A model generated the notes under the pieces. That model was not told the origin of the DNA and did not search any database. It worked only from the letters and a program-made list of their open reading frames with translations. From a virus: 64,000 nucleotides of DNA. Both the position numbers and the translations under genes were made by a program. The stretch is taken from the IMG/VR virus record IMGVR_UViG_3300049845_000291, positions 1 through 64,000 of that record. The stretch is one strand, 5' to 3'. Within the stretch, counting starts at the first letter, position 1. Every line of letters begins with the position of its first letter. Below, one piece after another: positions 19,101 through 28,492 of the stretch.

Positions 19101-21621
19101 CGCGAACTTCGACCCGCTGCGGGCCTGGGGTTCCAAGGAACTCGGTCGTGTCTGGTGGGACACCACCAACCTGGAGTACGTACCGTACTACGACGAGCAG
19201 ATTTTCCCCGATCTCGAGGCCCGCCTGAATCGCTGGGGGACCTTGACCGACTTCAGCACGATCGACGTTGTGGAATGGGTTGAGTCATCCGTACCGCCCG
19301 CCGAGTACGACGAGCAGGCAGCCATTGATGCAGGCAACGCGGACCTGGATCCGATGACGCGTGCCGACGGTCAGGTGTACGGTGCAAAGACCTACAGCCG
19401 TGAGCGCTCGTGGGGCATTCGTCCGATCGCTTGGAGTCGTGCTGGTAAGCCAGCTGAAGGTGCGCACATTGGAGGTGTTATCGGTTCGCGAGGTTCATTC
19501 AGCGCGGACTTCGATGCGGCCTTGCACCTGACAGAGCAAGGCCTCGCGATTCTAGATGGTCGTACATTCAGTGATATGGGCATCATTGCTGGCATGCGAT
19601 TTGGCGCTTTCGAGGACAGCATTGTGGCACTCCGTGCTCGCTCAGAAAATGTGATCTCCTCGTTCACAAAGTCCATCAGGACTGGTGTTGGGGCCGGCAG
19701 TATCGGCGTTGCGCACACACCTGAGATCGGCACAGCAAGCACCCTGTCAGCTCAGGTCACCATTCAGGTCACTGAGCCAACCTTGGTCATTGGCCAGCTG
19801 CTGTTCACCCGTCGCGAAAATGAGGTCCAGATCTTTGACGCTGATGGTGTGCCAACGGGCGAATCAGACTTTCAGTCCTTCTTGAGAGTGCGCGTGCCAG
19901 GCACCGACTTCGACGAGGAGGTCCTGGTGCGTGCTGAACGTGGCAATACTGGGGCTCCGACAAGTGCAACCTTTGACGCTCAGGCCAATCAGTTGATTTT
20001 GGTCGACTTGCCGAGCTTTGGGCTGCGGCTGCGGCTGCTTGTTCAGGCTACCGCGTTGGGAGTTCGGTACGATCGTGTTGCTGAGCTGATTGTCAACACC
20101 CTGAACACCAAGATCTGGGTGTACGACGCCGCGCTGTACGAGTCAGTTTGCGACTACGAGGAAATTGGGGATGGCTACCCGGCCAGCCTCTCCGTGCTGA
20201 TCAACGATTTCACACTCGTTTCACCGGCTTCTGGGCTCTTGTATGATGATGCCGATCCAGCAAAGGGCGGTCTTGGCTGGCGTGCTTGGGAGGTTCCAAC
20301 TCAGGCACAGCTCAACGCTGACAGCCGGTACCCGAACAGCGAGTGGTACCCGATGGTCGGCCCACTGCTGCCACTTGACCCAACGATCACGCAGATCCAG
20401 GAGGCGGCTGAGGGCGCATCGTTCCTGTTGAACAACGGCGTCACCATCCAGCGGTACGGCACGAGCTGGGGTGAGTGGACTGAACTGGAGACGCGCAAGC
20501 TTCGCCAGGTCGCCACCAGCACCGGAGACCTGTCGTTCGAGCTCGGGGAAGCCGTGAGCCCGGACCGTCTGTCCGTGTACGTGAACGGGGTGGCTCAGCT
20601 CACCGGAACCTTCGGGCTAGATGGTACCACACTGACCGTGTTCGGGGTGCCCTCGGGCCACCTGGTGGTCGCCGTCGTACGTCCGTACAGCCCAACTCCT
20701 GAGGAGCTGGAGTTCGATCCAGAGATTGAAGACGACCTGCTGGTCCAGCGTCAGTACAAGGTCGACTACCAGTACGTTGAGCTTCCGATCCGAGACGCTG
20801 GCGGCGCGATCATCAGCACCAAGTACTTCTTCTGGGTCAAGAACCGGTCAAGCGTCGCTCGTCGCAAAAAGCTCTCAGTCAAGGCCATCGCGCAGCAGCT
20901 CACGACCGGCCCAGCACAGTACATGACCTTCCAGAACATCCAGGAGTCAAGCCCGAGCGCTGGTGATTGGTTCTACGACGCCATCACGGTCAGTGGCCTG
21001 TCGTACGTGGTGACAAAAGACGACACCTTCAAGCTCCGGTTCACACGGAACTTCACGCTACGTGACGATCCAAATGAGCTTGACCTGAAGAATGTGCACG
21101 CTGAGTGGGCGCTGATCCGTCCAGGACAGCGCGTCAGGATCCCTGAGGACCTTTGGAACAAGCTTGTGAACGCCGCATGCGGGCAAGACCCCGCTGGGAA
21201 CCCGCTACCGTCACCTCGTCGCGTGTCGTACGACGAGCGGAATGGACGGAGCACTCAGTTCGGCTTCGGGCCAGAACAGATCTTGGCACCCTCTGACTTG
21301 GTGAAGTCGACACTCCAGTACACGATCCTAAATACCACATTGATCGATGATGGTGGTGCCGTTCCAGTCCCTGACTACATGTTGTTCCTTGACTTCAACC
21401 AGAGCGATCAATGGTTTAGCACACCTGAAAATGCACGTGCGACCATGACAAAGATCTGGAATGAGGGCAAGGTTGCTCAGATCAACGAGCTGTTCTTCGC
21501 CGTTCTCAACGAGATCGCCGCCGCGCAGTACGAGATGACGGATCTGTTCAAGACATCAAGGCTGAGCGCGTACTCCATCAAGATTGTGCAGAACAATCCT
21601 GTGGAACCGACGTACGAATAA
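13129..21621 (+). CDS. Giant baseplate wedge/structural protein (2830 aa; gp7-like position)
   Basis: PPIDLDRFTNFFNYYW N-terminal block; embedded fibre modules (DG...GDRVLVK...NG.Y...W.R); YFFWVKN near the C-terminus; late promoter at 13101. Confidence 0.65.
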   Translation: MAKDYNLPRLDLINLVPQELRNVASRSLLDNLFNRFLTKDEAVPFYGFVGRKPSGVEDKTPKIPQPTVERDINALVPVYSFKLGAETYSFTPHDIIRKMSVLGGSDDQENWLYSQGNNYAPPIDLDRFTNFFNYYWVAGALENPPSMPWNPELRPEYYTIQRPPIDDIDKLNVRVASTANIILTGSGYFDQTWEVTFTSPTTFTITATGPLTGITTAVQGPFTLGATPLAPPYTAIDQNFTFYNNTAIPLASRLTLLTFTIRREAVYDGVGAFVSYESFAAGDKFTITAPFISSVSNVVFVGSSGVKGKILNVNSRDIYQTVDGVVLKNGDRVLVKNNTAAENGIYTVRPGAWERAPDSAVGIQAVGDRVFVLQGTVNANRLYSATASGAGFTYNLVATNTVSNTNTWQEHNYWVHRDELGSYDTSKVFQATRPIIEFQAGLRLNQFIGTDGRPSDIGTSYQQVKHEFNQLPLFDLYRYDGTHARVASGLFYYVEDPTADIDVPLQRRVARVNNVSRDFLFEHGMLEQPNTLLFYKDRAGTLKTVWHPGYSAAQYVDQEFEGDGDGTLTVNLSGGTPFTAQQIWQLVADEDPSRFKVVGSKLKVLPETMEFVYVGVPYFNGHFNALITAGSTPFSPGDTFTFRVGNLETTRYVYRDANDQIYDLYGGAPADDEGIGSWQIPRMFYNNIEASSGEPISEGTLYSHFRGILANQLKTGVEDKAFGGSIKLWSEQVNLLSSLMMQRDNTPPSIVDFAQRQHESALNSIVDLFVKNARAYVTSNGAVDTNAELDAFVDMLLSMHAQTEQARKVLYDSTSPIPGFPATLPLLGVLPLSVPGAVFENELNTVLFRRHDGSLAPFYTNTVQFLDQLGPVGSTYPQDMAMLLNDVLLTIEQRLFDGISELHRTYFTEEEVKNAIQSNLGPQLERELASWAIGNGFDPTAPDYVPSDALTWNYRDAIVFAPVDTTEVPARWYNALQAHQRTVPGVLPTSRPDLEPWRLVGFPEDPGASWDVYRAPVTPDDLAAGGFIDGGTARLVIGGPGSSNTIRSGLPVIDGRTAAAGDVVLLANEMAPQFNGLWVVSTGLWVRSSVPLTAGTVVQITDGQEYEDSSWVFMNTPASPGVNPLQVELVRRWTDQMWDDIQAARPTLKLSVNTLRDQLLPPYVSSLLSYSVHALTNTIPSGVDQSYFFGEGSPVETVWLRTLEYRYSLARALFRQDPLAFLGHLWGFEWLEVDRVLYDAFEVAVPAKDSKLHGESISSVQRTAPISLTLATGPAPFTITITRDAFTSSRQQAWSIRAQDGMFIEYALEGVTYPTISAAGYTLTNLRIEDEGKPFRVGDKFTISANADGSGSLVTFEGASYRRYNGFAQLFAQSLREASIDTTQGYAIKAFREWDVNLGYRAAGLVSTDDLQVFSDRVEIPENSYELRFKRSPYAGDLWLQALRVTPVVIGASLPGSTGAPAATTDASDWVFRVEGYNGRYLGIEYYTLNTSGPFVTFNALNGATTTREFKQYTETSGIVNAQLPLTIRGLQNVVDFMFGYTRRLEDLGWSFEDQLNPNIDVVTGRVRNWQLEIEKLIDVVYKGIELGQGHILNPFIDRVWVTQQTGLLSPFYDSALFDVSADPGVFDTLGAKISTSDLLVLRQLNRSQISSVVPMFSVHAQVDEFEHLFVFSKYIEPSTESGLIYDPFSAARITSLKFNGRRQGTYTLRPELGGHYLVNGKVRMNMQASTDKVAQYYDADHVFEDNLSTRHALALLGFSPKEYMDSLDLTNRSQFNFWRGLIQMKGTNLSVDAFLNNDRFEDAKIDEFWAYKVAEYGDNRMRMFPELKLTVADTVQQFTKLQFDQTSGELTDFTQIQADDEARWFSIEDLNGETRFQAQLVGTYNKSTTAGEIITLPFIADVLEITGATQLNANTLVATGTNVSVRGFGPATPKFNPIKLLNYVDNQLVEEIPIWHPVIGQHTPVALESINIISTRDPARYNVSTQVVGNANFDPLRAWGSKELGRVWWDTTNLEYVPYYDEQIFPDLEARLNRWGTLTDFSTIDVVEWVESSVPPAEYDEQAAIDAGNADLDPMTRADGQVYGAKTYSRERSWGIRPIAWSRAGKPAEGAHIGGVIGSRGSFSADFDAALHLTEQGLAILDGRTFSDMGIIAGMRFGAFEDSIVALRARSENVISSFTKSIRTGVGAGSIGVAHTPEIGTASTLSAQVTIQVTEPTLVIGQLLFTRRENEVQIFDADGVPTGESDFQSFLRVRVPGTDFDEEVLVRAERGNTGAPTSATFDAQANQLILVDLPSFGLRLRLLVQATALGVRYDRVAELIVNTLNTKIWVYDAALYESVCDYEEIGDGYPASLSVLINDFTLVSPASGLLYDDADPAKGGLGWRAWEVPTQAQLNADSRYPNSEWYPMVGPLLPLDPTITQIQEAAEGASFLLNNGVTIQRYGTSWGEWTELETRKLRQVATSTGDLSFELGEAVSPDRLSVYVNGVAQLTGTFGLDGTTLTVFGVPSGHLVVAVVRPYSPTPEELEFDPEIEDDLLVQRQYKVDYQYVELPIRDAGGAIISTKYFFWVKNRSSVARRKKLSVKAIAQQLTTGPAQYMTFQNIQESSPSAGDWFYDAITVSGLSYVVTKDDTFKLRFTRNFTLRDDPNELDLKNVHAEWALIRPGQRVRIPEDLWNKLVNAACGQDPAGNPLPSPRRVSYDERNGRSTQFGFGPEQILAPSDLVKSTLQYTILNTTLIDDGGAVPVPDYMLFLDFNQSDQWFSTPENARATMTKIWNEGKVAQINELFFAVLNEIAAAQYEMTDLFKTSRLSAYSIKIVQNNPVEPTYE

Positions 21622-21622
21622 C

Positions 21623-24600
21623 ATGGCGGCAAAGTACCTGAACTCATTGGTGTCCTACATCCTGGACACCAAGCCCTACCACAGCAAGCTCTCTGAGGTT
21701 GTTGAGGAGTACCTGTTCGAAGAGTCGATGACGGTCAACATCGTAGAACGTTTGTTCTCGAACACGACCATCAAGGCCGCCTGGCCGTACACATTCTTCT
21801 CCGGCGGCCCGAGCTCGGGCCGCACGATGCCCCTCAAGCGTGTGCTGCACAACTCAGTGCGTGGCCCTTGGGCCAACAACCAGACCCTGAGCCGTGGGGC
21901 GTTCAAGGCTTTTCGTGATGAGATCGCTGAGCTGCCTGGTGTCGGCTTCACGTTTGACCCAACGTCGATCCAGGGCATCGGCATCAAGGACGTTGTCCTG
22001 CAACGAACTGGCAACACCAGTCGTGTCGAACCTATGCTGGAAGGACATGATTTCTTCCTGAGCCATGGTGCGTACACCTTCCAGATCCTGAAAACCAGGG
22101 CATCAAACGTCATCGGCACGTTCATTCGACTTTACGAGGATGATGACGGTCCGTTCCCGATCACCGTGACCATGCCGTTCATGGCGCCAGGAATGGAGGT
22201 CTTTGGGCCAGCGGTGCAGGTCACAAGCAACCAGATCTCGGTCACCGCTGCCGGCTGGGTCAGGGTCTTTGGTGTCCAAGAAGGTCCACGGTACGCCCCA
22301 GAGTTCATTGAGCTACGTGACAAGACCGTGATCTCGGACATCACGGCTTTCACCCAGCAGCGCGCACTTGATTTTACCCAACCGGGTTCATCATTGAACC
22401 TGATCACCGAGCTCCTCGATCAGATCGAGACAGAGCTGCCTTCACGCTCAAACATCACCCCAACGCTTCTGACACAGGCAAACGCTGAGATCGCGAAGCT
22501 GCGAGCCGTGCTGGCGGACGATCGCCTGCCCAGCACGTACGAGGCCCTGCTTCGACCACTGCACGTCGCCAACGTTGGGCGACCAAGTGGCTTCAACACC
22601 TGGTACGCCGAGATCGGTGTTGATGGCTCTCCTGACGTTGGGTTGAAGTTCGCCGAGCTCACCCCTGGGTTGTACTTCAACGCATACACCGACGTCGCCA
22701 TGCGTCGGAACGGGGCGCTGCGATATGACGACGTTCGTCTGCCAGATCTGAGCATCACGAACATCGTGGCTGACCCCGAGCGCGCCACGTACGAGGAGTT
22801 CACCCTCACCGCGGTCACTGACACATTCTTCACCGTCACTGGCTCGGCATCTGGTCTCGTTGGGTCCTTCACGATCGGTGAGATGTTCAGCTCACCGTAC
22901 CTATCATTCAGCACCTCTGGTACGAACTTCACACCAGGGGCATCAGTACTGTTGACGCCCGCTGAGCAGATCACGGTGCACGCCAAAGCGCCGCTTGAGC
23001 AGTGGAGCCTGATCAAGGTGAACCCACTGGCTTACAGCCGACCGATGTTCAACTCAACGCGTGTTGGGTACCTGCAGTCAGCAACTAACCAGATCGGTCG
23101 CGTGACGATCTTGGACAGCACGTTCCCTGACGGTACACTGGTCATTCGAATGACCAGCTCGACCGCGTACACGGTGAGAACCACCGGAGATCCGCTGTAC
23201 GCTGGATCTGGCACCGTCGGTACGCTGTACAACGATGGGCGCGTGTCCTTCCGCGTCATGGCCGGTTCCGCGTACACGTACGCCGTGAACGACGTGTTCT
23301 ACGTCGAGATCACCAACCCTGTCGCAACGCCAGTTGATCTGGATTTGGTGTGGGGCTATGACGTCGAACCTTACAGCGACGACACCTTGCAGTACACCAG
23401 CCCGCTGTTTCCAGCTTATCTGGAGACGCTGGACTTTGGCTTCAACGGCCGTTTCATTGGATACGACTTTGACGCACTTGGGCTGACGCTGACGCAAACC
23501 GTCTCAAGTGGTGGCGCATGGCGCATTCGCGCGCTACCCGACACCAGCGCCCCAATCACACCGCTTGGTCTTGATCCCTCGATCCAGCTGTGGTACGCCA
23601 ATCGATTCGCACTCGAACGCCACAATGGCAACGACTGGATTGTGCTGGATTCGAACGTGCCGATCGGTACACCGTACAACAACAGCACGTACGGAATTGC
23701 CTTCACGATCGTTCCAGCAGCCAAGCCCTTCATCGCTTCTCGAGTCACGTACAGCAACGGCACCGATGGTCCGTTCACGGCCGAGGGCGGTGATGCTTTC
23801 ACCTTCACTGTCGACAATGATGGCGCATTCCAGCAAGATCCAGCCGGTCTGACCTCAGGTCGCGTACCACGTCTTGTGATGCACGGTGACAGCTATCAAA
23901 CTGCCACCCCGGCCTCTTGGACGCTGACCTTCACCAGCACTAGTGCTTACACCCTGCAAGGTGTCTACACCGCAGGACCAAACACCGGCGCTTCGGTCTT
24001 TACCACACCAGTTTCATTGCTCTTTGGAAACGGGCGGTCATATCAGAACGCTGAACATGGCTTGCATTGGACCGTGTTGTCTGGCTCGTCGATTGGTCAC
24101 GCAGCTGGCGATACGTACACGTTCGAAACCTACCAAAGCAAGCCATCTTACCTGGTTCATGGCTCGGTCAGTGGTTGGCAAGCACCAGCTGAGCTTGACA
24201 AGTGGTACTGGAATGGCAAGATCGGCTTCAAGCTCAAGAAGCCAACTGTCAAGTTCATCAACCCAGCAGTTGATTTTGCGCCGACGCCAGCGCTGCAGCG
24301 TCAGGGTGACAGCCCATTCGCGGTCACGGTCCCTGTGACTGGCACCCTGACGCTGAATTCAGTTCGACCTGACACTAAGGATCATGTGTATGTGGCACGC
24401 TCGAACGCCACAAACCGTTGGACCTTGTACCGCGATGGCACGGTCGTTGGCACCGGTAGCACGACTGTGGCTGATCAGTTCATCTCGGTCACCCTGCCCA
24501 ACGCCCCCATTGACACTGAGTTCAGGATCTGGGTTGAGAACCATGAACCTGATCTGTTCATGGGGAATGACCTGGCGATCATCAAGGCCAGCCCAGGACG

Positions 24601-27600
24601 CATGCCGACGAGCGCGGACTTCATTGTCATCGAGCGCACGCGCTCGGACGACGTTGGCATCGCCATTCGATCGATTTCCAGCACGCATGAGACCACCCTA
24701 CAGCAGCTTGAACCGCTGACCATCGACGTTCGGTACGTTGACTTGAACGCCAACTCTGGCGTTCCACTGTCATCAACCTCCCCAGAGGTCACGGTGCTGA
24801 GTGGCTGGCTGCCAATGATCGTGGAAGACCAGGACACCAGTGCTGGATCGACAGCAGTCTTCAGCGATGCTAGCACTCGCACTAGGCTGCTTTCGGCGAG
24901 CACCGGTGAGGTCATCGGCACGATCGCCAGCACGAGCACGAACCCTAATTCACCGGTGTTCCTGACCTGGGACACCGCGTTCTACAACAAGTACCTGCCG
25001 TTGAATGCAGAGGCCAACGTCGTGACGTACGGCTCAGGCACCAATGAGAATGTGCATGTCACCATCACGGAAGGCATTCGGTTCTTGCTGAGCGGTGGCA
25101 GCCAAACCGAGAGCGCCCTGTTCAGTGACGAGCTCAAGGTCAACTTCCGTGAAAACACGAACTGGTTGATCCGCAGCACGTACGACCAGGCCCTGACGGT
25201 TCAGATCAAGGACAGCCCGTTTGGCGGCTTCTTGCCTGGCTATGACAACACAGGCTATGACTTTGAAACCGGAATTGGAGATGTCAGCGGGCTGACAGGT
25301 GGTTCATACGACATGGGCTTCCCGCTGCAGTCGTGGTTTGAGCGCGCGAAGTTCTTGAGCGTCCAAAGCACGTTGACGCCGCAGGAACAGGATGAGCTGA
25401 ACACCCTGATCACGATGCTGAATGGCTCGCTGGTGGATGGGCAGATTGAGGCCACGACGCTTGATGACTTCATCAAGAACACGACACCAGCTATTACGGT
25501 TCGTGCTGCAACAACCGCGAACATCACGCTTTCAGGCTTGCAGACGATAGACGGTATTTCTCTGGTTGCTGGAGATCTGGTGTTGGTGAAAAGCCAGACA
25601 ACAACAAGCCAGAACGGCGTGTACATCGTGGCTTCAGGCGCTTGGACACGCCACCCTGACTACAACATCGCGGCCGAGCTGAACAACACCAGGTTCATTG
25701 CCGTAAGTCAAGGTACCGTGAATGGTGACAGCTGGTGGTGGCGCGTGCAGCCATTCGTGTCGTACACCTACCAAGTGGCGTACAGCACCAGGAACGTTGG
25801 CTTTGGTTTGCCTCAGGTCGGCATGGCCATGTCGATCGAGCAGCGGCATGAGAAGACCGGCTGTGAGCTCATTGATTTGACCCGCGCAGGTTTCTCGGTG
25901 CTGAGTGGCAACGGGGCGCTGTTCACGAACGGAACTTCGGAGTTCGGTCCTACCATTGCGATCGCTTCGCAGAACACCAGCACGATTGCGACCATTGAGA
26001 AGAACCTCATTGATCAGAAGCTGCTGCAGCTCCGTGTCAAGGTCAAACTCGACGCCTTGAATGCTGACGACGGTGGAACTATCGCGCTGTCGTACGGTGC
26101 GAACGGGCTCTTGGTGCTCAACCCGGCGCGTGAAGCAACGTTTGACGCTGCGCGTCGTCCTTACGTGTCGTACCGCCCATCTACATCTCTTTCGTATACC
26201 AACACCGTGGTCTTCCCGACTGCCTTGGTTGTTGGGCGCTGGTACCAATTTGAGTTCTACCGAGACGGATCTAACTTCGTATGTCGAGTGACGGATCTCG
26301 ACACAAGTGTACATGTCGTCACGACCGTTGGATCATTCAACTCAAGCTTCCAAGGACCACTCTTTACATCGACTTCTGCTGGTGGATCGGCTGGTTTTGT
26401 AGGTGGCCCTAGCACCTTTGGGGGCGGGGTGTTCGTTGCGATCAACAACGGCTCTGGAGGTTTTGCCACAAGCAGCACTTTCAAGCGTTCAGCTGACTTC
26501 GGGCAAACCTGGCAAACTATTACCACAGGTTTGACAGCACTTCAAAACTGGGACATTCGATACGCTGCGGGTGCATTTGTTGTGGTGACAGGCGTTGCGA
26601 GTGCTGACCGTGGGGTCTACCGGAGCATCGACGGCGGTCTGACATGGACGCTGAACACCACCGCGCTACCGGCCAGCGGGTTTTGGTACGCATACGGTTC
26701 GAATGGCTCACGATTGCTGGCGGCACGGTGGGGTAGCAACCAACTGGCGGTGAGCGACAATGGTGGAGCTTCATGGACCACACGTACGCTACCAGCTTCA
26801 TTGAACTGGTATGGCATGATCTTTGTGAATGGGCGCTGGCTGCTGTCATCACGCTCAAACCGTTCCATCTACAGATCAGATGACAATGGCGAAACTTGGA
26901 GCCTACTGAGCACGGTTCCGGGGTCTGGCACACTTGCGCAGCTGATCACATCAAATGGCAAGGCCTTCATTCGAAATCTTGGTAGCCCAGACGCCAACAT
27001 GTGGGTCAGTGATGATGGCAGCAGTTGGACAACGGTAACCCTTCCATTCAGCTCTGGAGGCTCTCCCGGTGCTCAGTACTTTGAACCTGGTGGATACTGG
27101 TACCTGTTCCGCGGGAACAGCACTGGCTTGGTGGCAATAAGCACCGACACCGTGAACTGGCAACTTGCCACGAACACCGTGCCGTTCAGCACTGCTTTTA
27201 GCAGCAGCTACGGTGGTGGCACCATCGTGGTGCACGACTTCCCGAATAACCAGACCGCTCGTGCGGTCCTAGACAACTTCAGCGTGCTTGAAGAGCCGCT
27301 TGTGAACAGGCTCTCGTTCACCGCGGACTCTAACGGTGTCACCACAGCGGTTAGCTACAGCGATGTCGTGCTGTGTTCCGAAGAAGACAGCACGGCGGCC
27401 GTTGGGGTCGATGAAGGTATTACGGTGATTGCGAACGACCTTGGATACGCTTTCGCAACCGACGGCTTTGATGTTGGTGAGCTGGACGCGCGGCAAGAGA
27501 TCTACGCCACCGTGATCAGCGTGGCACCCACACCGCTCCCAAGCGCCGGTCTTCCACCAGGTGGAACGTTGTACGAGAACTTCCAGACACCGTTGTACGT

Positions 27601-27787
27601 CAGCATGCCCGCACGAATCATTGACCTGTCATTTAACGTGCCGCTAGGTGGCACGCCAACCGTCTATTACTGGGCTCCAGGAACTCCTGCCCCTATTCAG
27701 GTCTCTCTGCTGGAGACCCTAACACCAAATCGCGTGTTCAGGTTCACCGTTCCGTCGCCCACTGAGATGAAGATCATCGCGGTCTGA
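21623..27787 (+). CDS. Giant baseplate/tail-fibre protein with lectin-like and BNR/Asp-box beta-propeller modules
   Basis: N-terminal YILDTKPYHSKL; fibre module VRAATTANITLSGLQTIDG; repeated SxDxGxTW motifs at about 26.5-27.2 kb. Confidence 0.7.
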   Translation: MAAKYLNSLVSYILDTKPYHSKLSEVVEEYLFEESMTVNIVERLFSNTTIKAAWPYTFFSGGPSSGRTMPLKRVLHNSVRGPWANNQTLSRGAFKAFRDEIAELPGVGFTFDPTSIQGIGIKDVVLQRTGNTSRVEPMLEGHDFFLSHGAYTFQILKTRASNVIGTFIRLYEDDDGPFPITVTMPFMAPGMEVFGPAVQVTSNQISVTAAGWVRVFGVQEGPRYAPEFIELRDKTVISDITAFTQQRALDFTQPGSSLNLITELLDQIETELPSRSNITPTLLTQANAEIAKLRAVLADDRLPSTYEALLRPLHVANVGRPSGFNTWYAEIGVDGSPDVGLKFAELTPGLYFNAYTDVAMRRNGALRYDDVRLPDLSITNIVADPERATYEEFTLTAVTDTFFTVTGSASGLVGSFTIGEMFSSPYLSFSTSGTNFTPGASVLLTPAEQITVHAKAPLEQWSLIKVNPLAYSRPMFNSTRVGYLQSATNQIGRVTILDSTFPDGTLVIRMTSSTAYTVRTTGDPLYAGSGTVGTLYNDGRVSFRVMAGSAYTYAVNDVFYVEITNPVATPVDLDLVWGYDVEPYSDDTLQYTSPLFPAYLETLDFGFNGRFIGYDFDALGLTLTQTVSSGGAWRIRALPDTSAPITPLGLDPSIQLWYANRFALERHNGNDWIVLDSNVPIGTPYNNSTYGIAFTIVPAAKPFIASRVTYSNGTDGPFTAEGGDAFTFTVDNDGAFQQDPAGLTSGRVPRLVMHGDSYQTATPASWTLTFTSTSAYTLQGVYTAGPNTGASVFTTPVSLLFGNGRSYQNAEHGLHWTVLSGSSIGHAAGDTYTFETYQSKPSYLVHGSVSGWQAPAELDKWYWNGKIGFKLKKPTVKFINPAVDFAPTPALQRQGDSPFAVTVPVTGTLTLNSVRPDTKDHVYVARSNATNRWTLYRDGTVVGTGSTTVADQFISVTLPNAPIDTEFRIWVENHEPDLFMGNDLAIIKASPGRMPTSADFIVIERTRSDDVGIAIRSISSTHETTLQQLEPLTIDVRYVDLNANSGVPLSSTSPEVTVLSGWLPMIVEDQDTSAGSTAVFSDASTRTRLLSASTGEVIGTIASTSTNPNSPVFLTWDTAFYNKYLPLNAEANVVTYGSGTNENVHVTITEGIRFLLSGGSQTESALFSDELKVNFRENTNWLIRSTYDQALTVQIKDSPFGGFLPGYDNTGYDFETGIGDVSGLTGGSYDMGFPLQSWFERAKFLSVQSTLTPQEQDELNTLITMLNGSLVDGQIEATTLDDFIKNTTPAITVRAATTANITLSGLQTIDGISLVAGDLVLVKSQTTTSQNGVYIVASGAWTRHPDYNIAAELNNTRFIAVSQGTVNGDSWWWRVQPFVSYTYQVAYSTRNVGFGLPQVGMAMSIEQRHEKTGCELIDLTRAGFSVLSGNGALFTNGTSEFGPTIAIASQNTSTIATIEKNLIDQKLLQLRVKVKLDALNADDGGTIALSYGANGLLVLNPAREATFDAARRPYVSYRPSTSLSYTNTVVFPTALVVGRWYQFEFYRDGSNFVCRVTDLDTSVHVVTTVGSFNSSFQGPLFTSTSAGGSAGFVGGPSTFGGGVFVAINNGSGGFATSSTFKRSADFGQTWQTITTGLTALQNWDIRYAAGAFVVVTGVASADRGVYRSIDGGLTWTLNTTALPASGFWYAYGSNGSRLLAARWGSNQLAVSDNGGASWTTRTLPASLNWYGMIFVNGRWLLSSRSNRSIYRSDDNGETWSLLSTVPGSGTLAQLITSNGKAFIRNLGSPDANMWVSDDGSSWTTVTLPFSSGGSPGAQYFEPGGYWYLFRGNSTGLVAISTDTVNWQLATNTVPFSTAFSSSYGGGTIVVHDFPNNQTARAVLDNFSVLEEPLVNRLSFTADSNGVTTAVSYSDVVLCSEEDSTAAVGVDEGITVIANDLGYAFATDGFDVGELDARQEIYATVISVAPTPLPSAGLPPGGTLYENFQTPLYVSMPARIIDLSFNVPLGGTPTVYYWAPGTPAPIQVSLLETLTPNRVFRFTVPSPTEMKIIAV

Positions 27788-27823
27788 CGCACTAAATATC
27801 CGCAATCCAACAAAGGAACTGCT

Positions 27824-28456
27824 ATGCAGGAAACCCTCAAGACAACCGTCACTACCAATGTTCTTATCAAGGATGATCTTGGGAACGTGCTGGTTGACAA
27901 AGCTAACGCCATTCACCCCGGGAACATGGCCACGGCCATTGCTCGGGGCCTGTCGAACTCGCCGAACTTCCAGATCTTCAAGATCAAGCTTGGCAACCAG
28001 GGCACGTACGTTGACAGCTCGCTGCAGGTTGTGTTCCGACCGCCAAACACCACTGGGACGACAGCTGATCTGTACAACCCAACATATGTCGAGGTTGTCG
28101 ACGACGCCAACTCCGGAGTTGGCGTCGGTAACAGCGTGACGTTCACAAACATCCCTTCCAGCACCTCAACTCGTGTGATCGTGACGTGCATCATCTCGGC
28201 TAATGAGGCGGTGAACCGGCCGACTGATGAGGCCGATTCAAGCACGACCAACGGTCTCGATGGTGTTGATGACGCGCCGGCCGAAGGCGAGTTCTACTTC
28301 GACGAGCTCGGTCTCTTCACCTCAGGTCTTGGCACACCATCGCTTCTGGATGAAAGCGAAGAGTTGATGCTGACGCACCTGATCTTTTCGCCGATTGAGC
28401 ACACAGGCAACCGTGAGCTCACCATCGTGTACACCTTGACCATCACGGTGACCTGA
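27824..28456 (+). CDS. Baseplate/tail-collar structural protein
   Basis: NAIH, FDELGL and THLIFSPIE..NR...YTL motifs typical of myophage baseplate proteins; late promoter and AAGGA RBS. Confidence 0.6.
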   Translation: MQETLKTTVTTNVLIKDDLGNVLVDKANAIHPGNMATAIARGLSNSPNFQIFKIKLGNQGTYVDSSLQVVFRPPNTTGTTADLYNPTYVEVVDDANSGVGVGNSVTFTNIPSSTSTRVIVTCIISANEAVNRPTDEADSSTTNGLDGVDDAPAEGEFYFDELGLFTSGLGTPSLLDESEELMLTHLIFSPIEHTGNRELTIVYTLTITVT

Positions 28457-28492
28457 TAGTTTCTAAATACAGCGACCAACACGGGAAGCACA

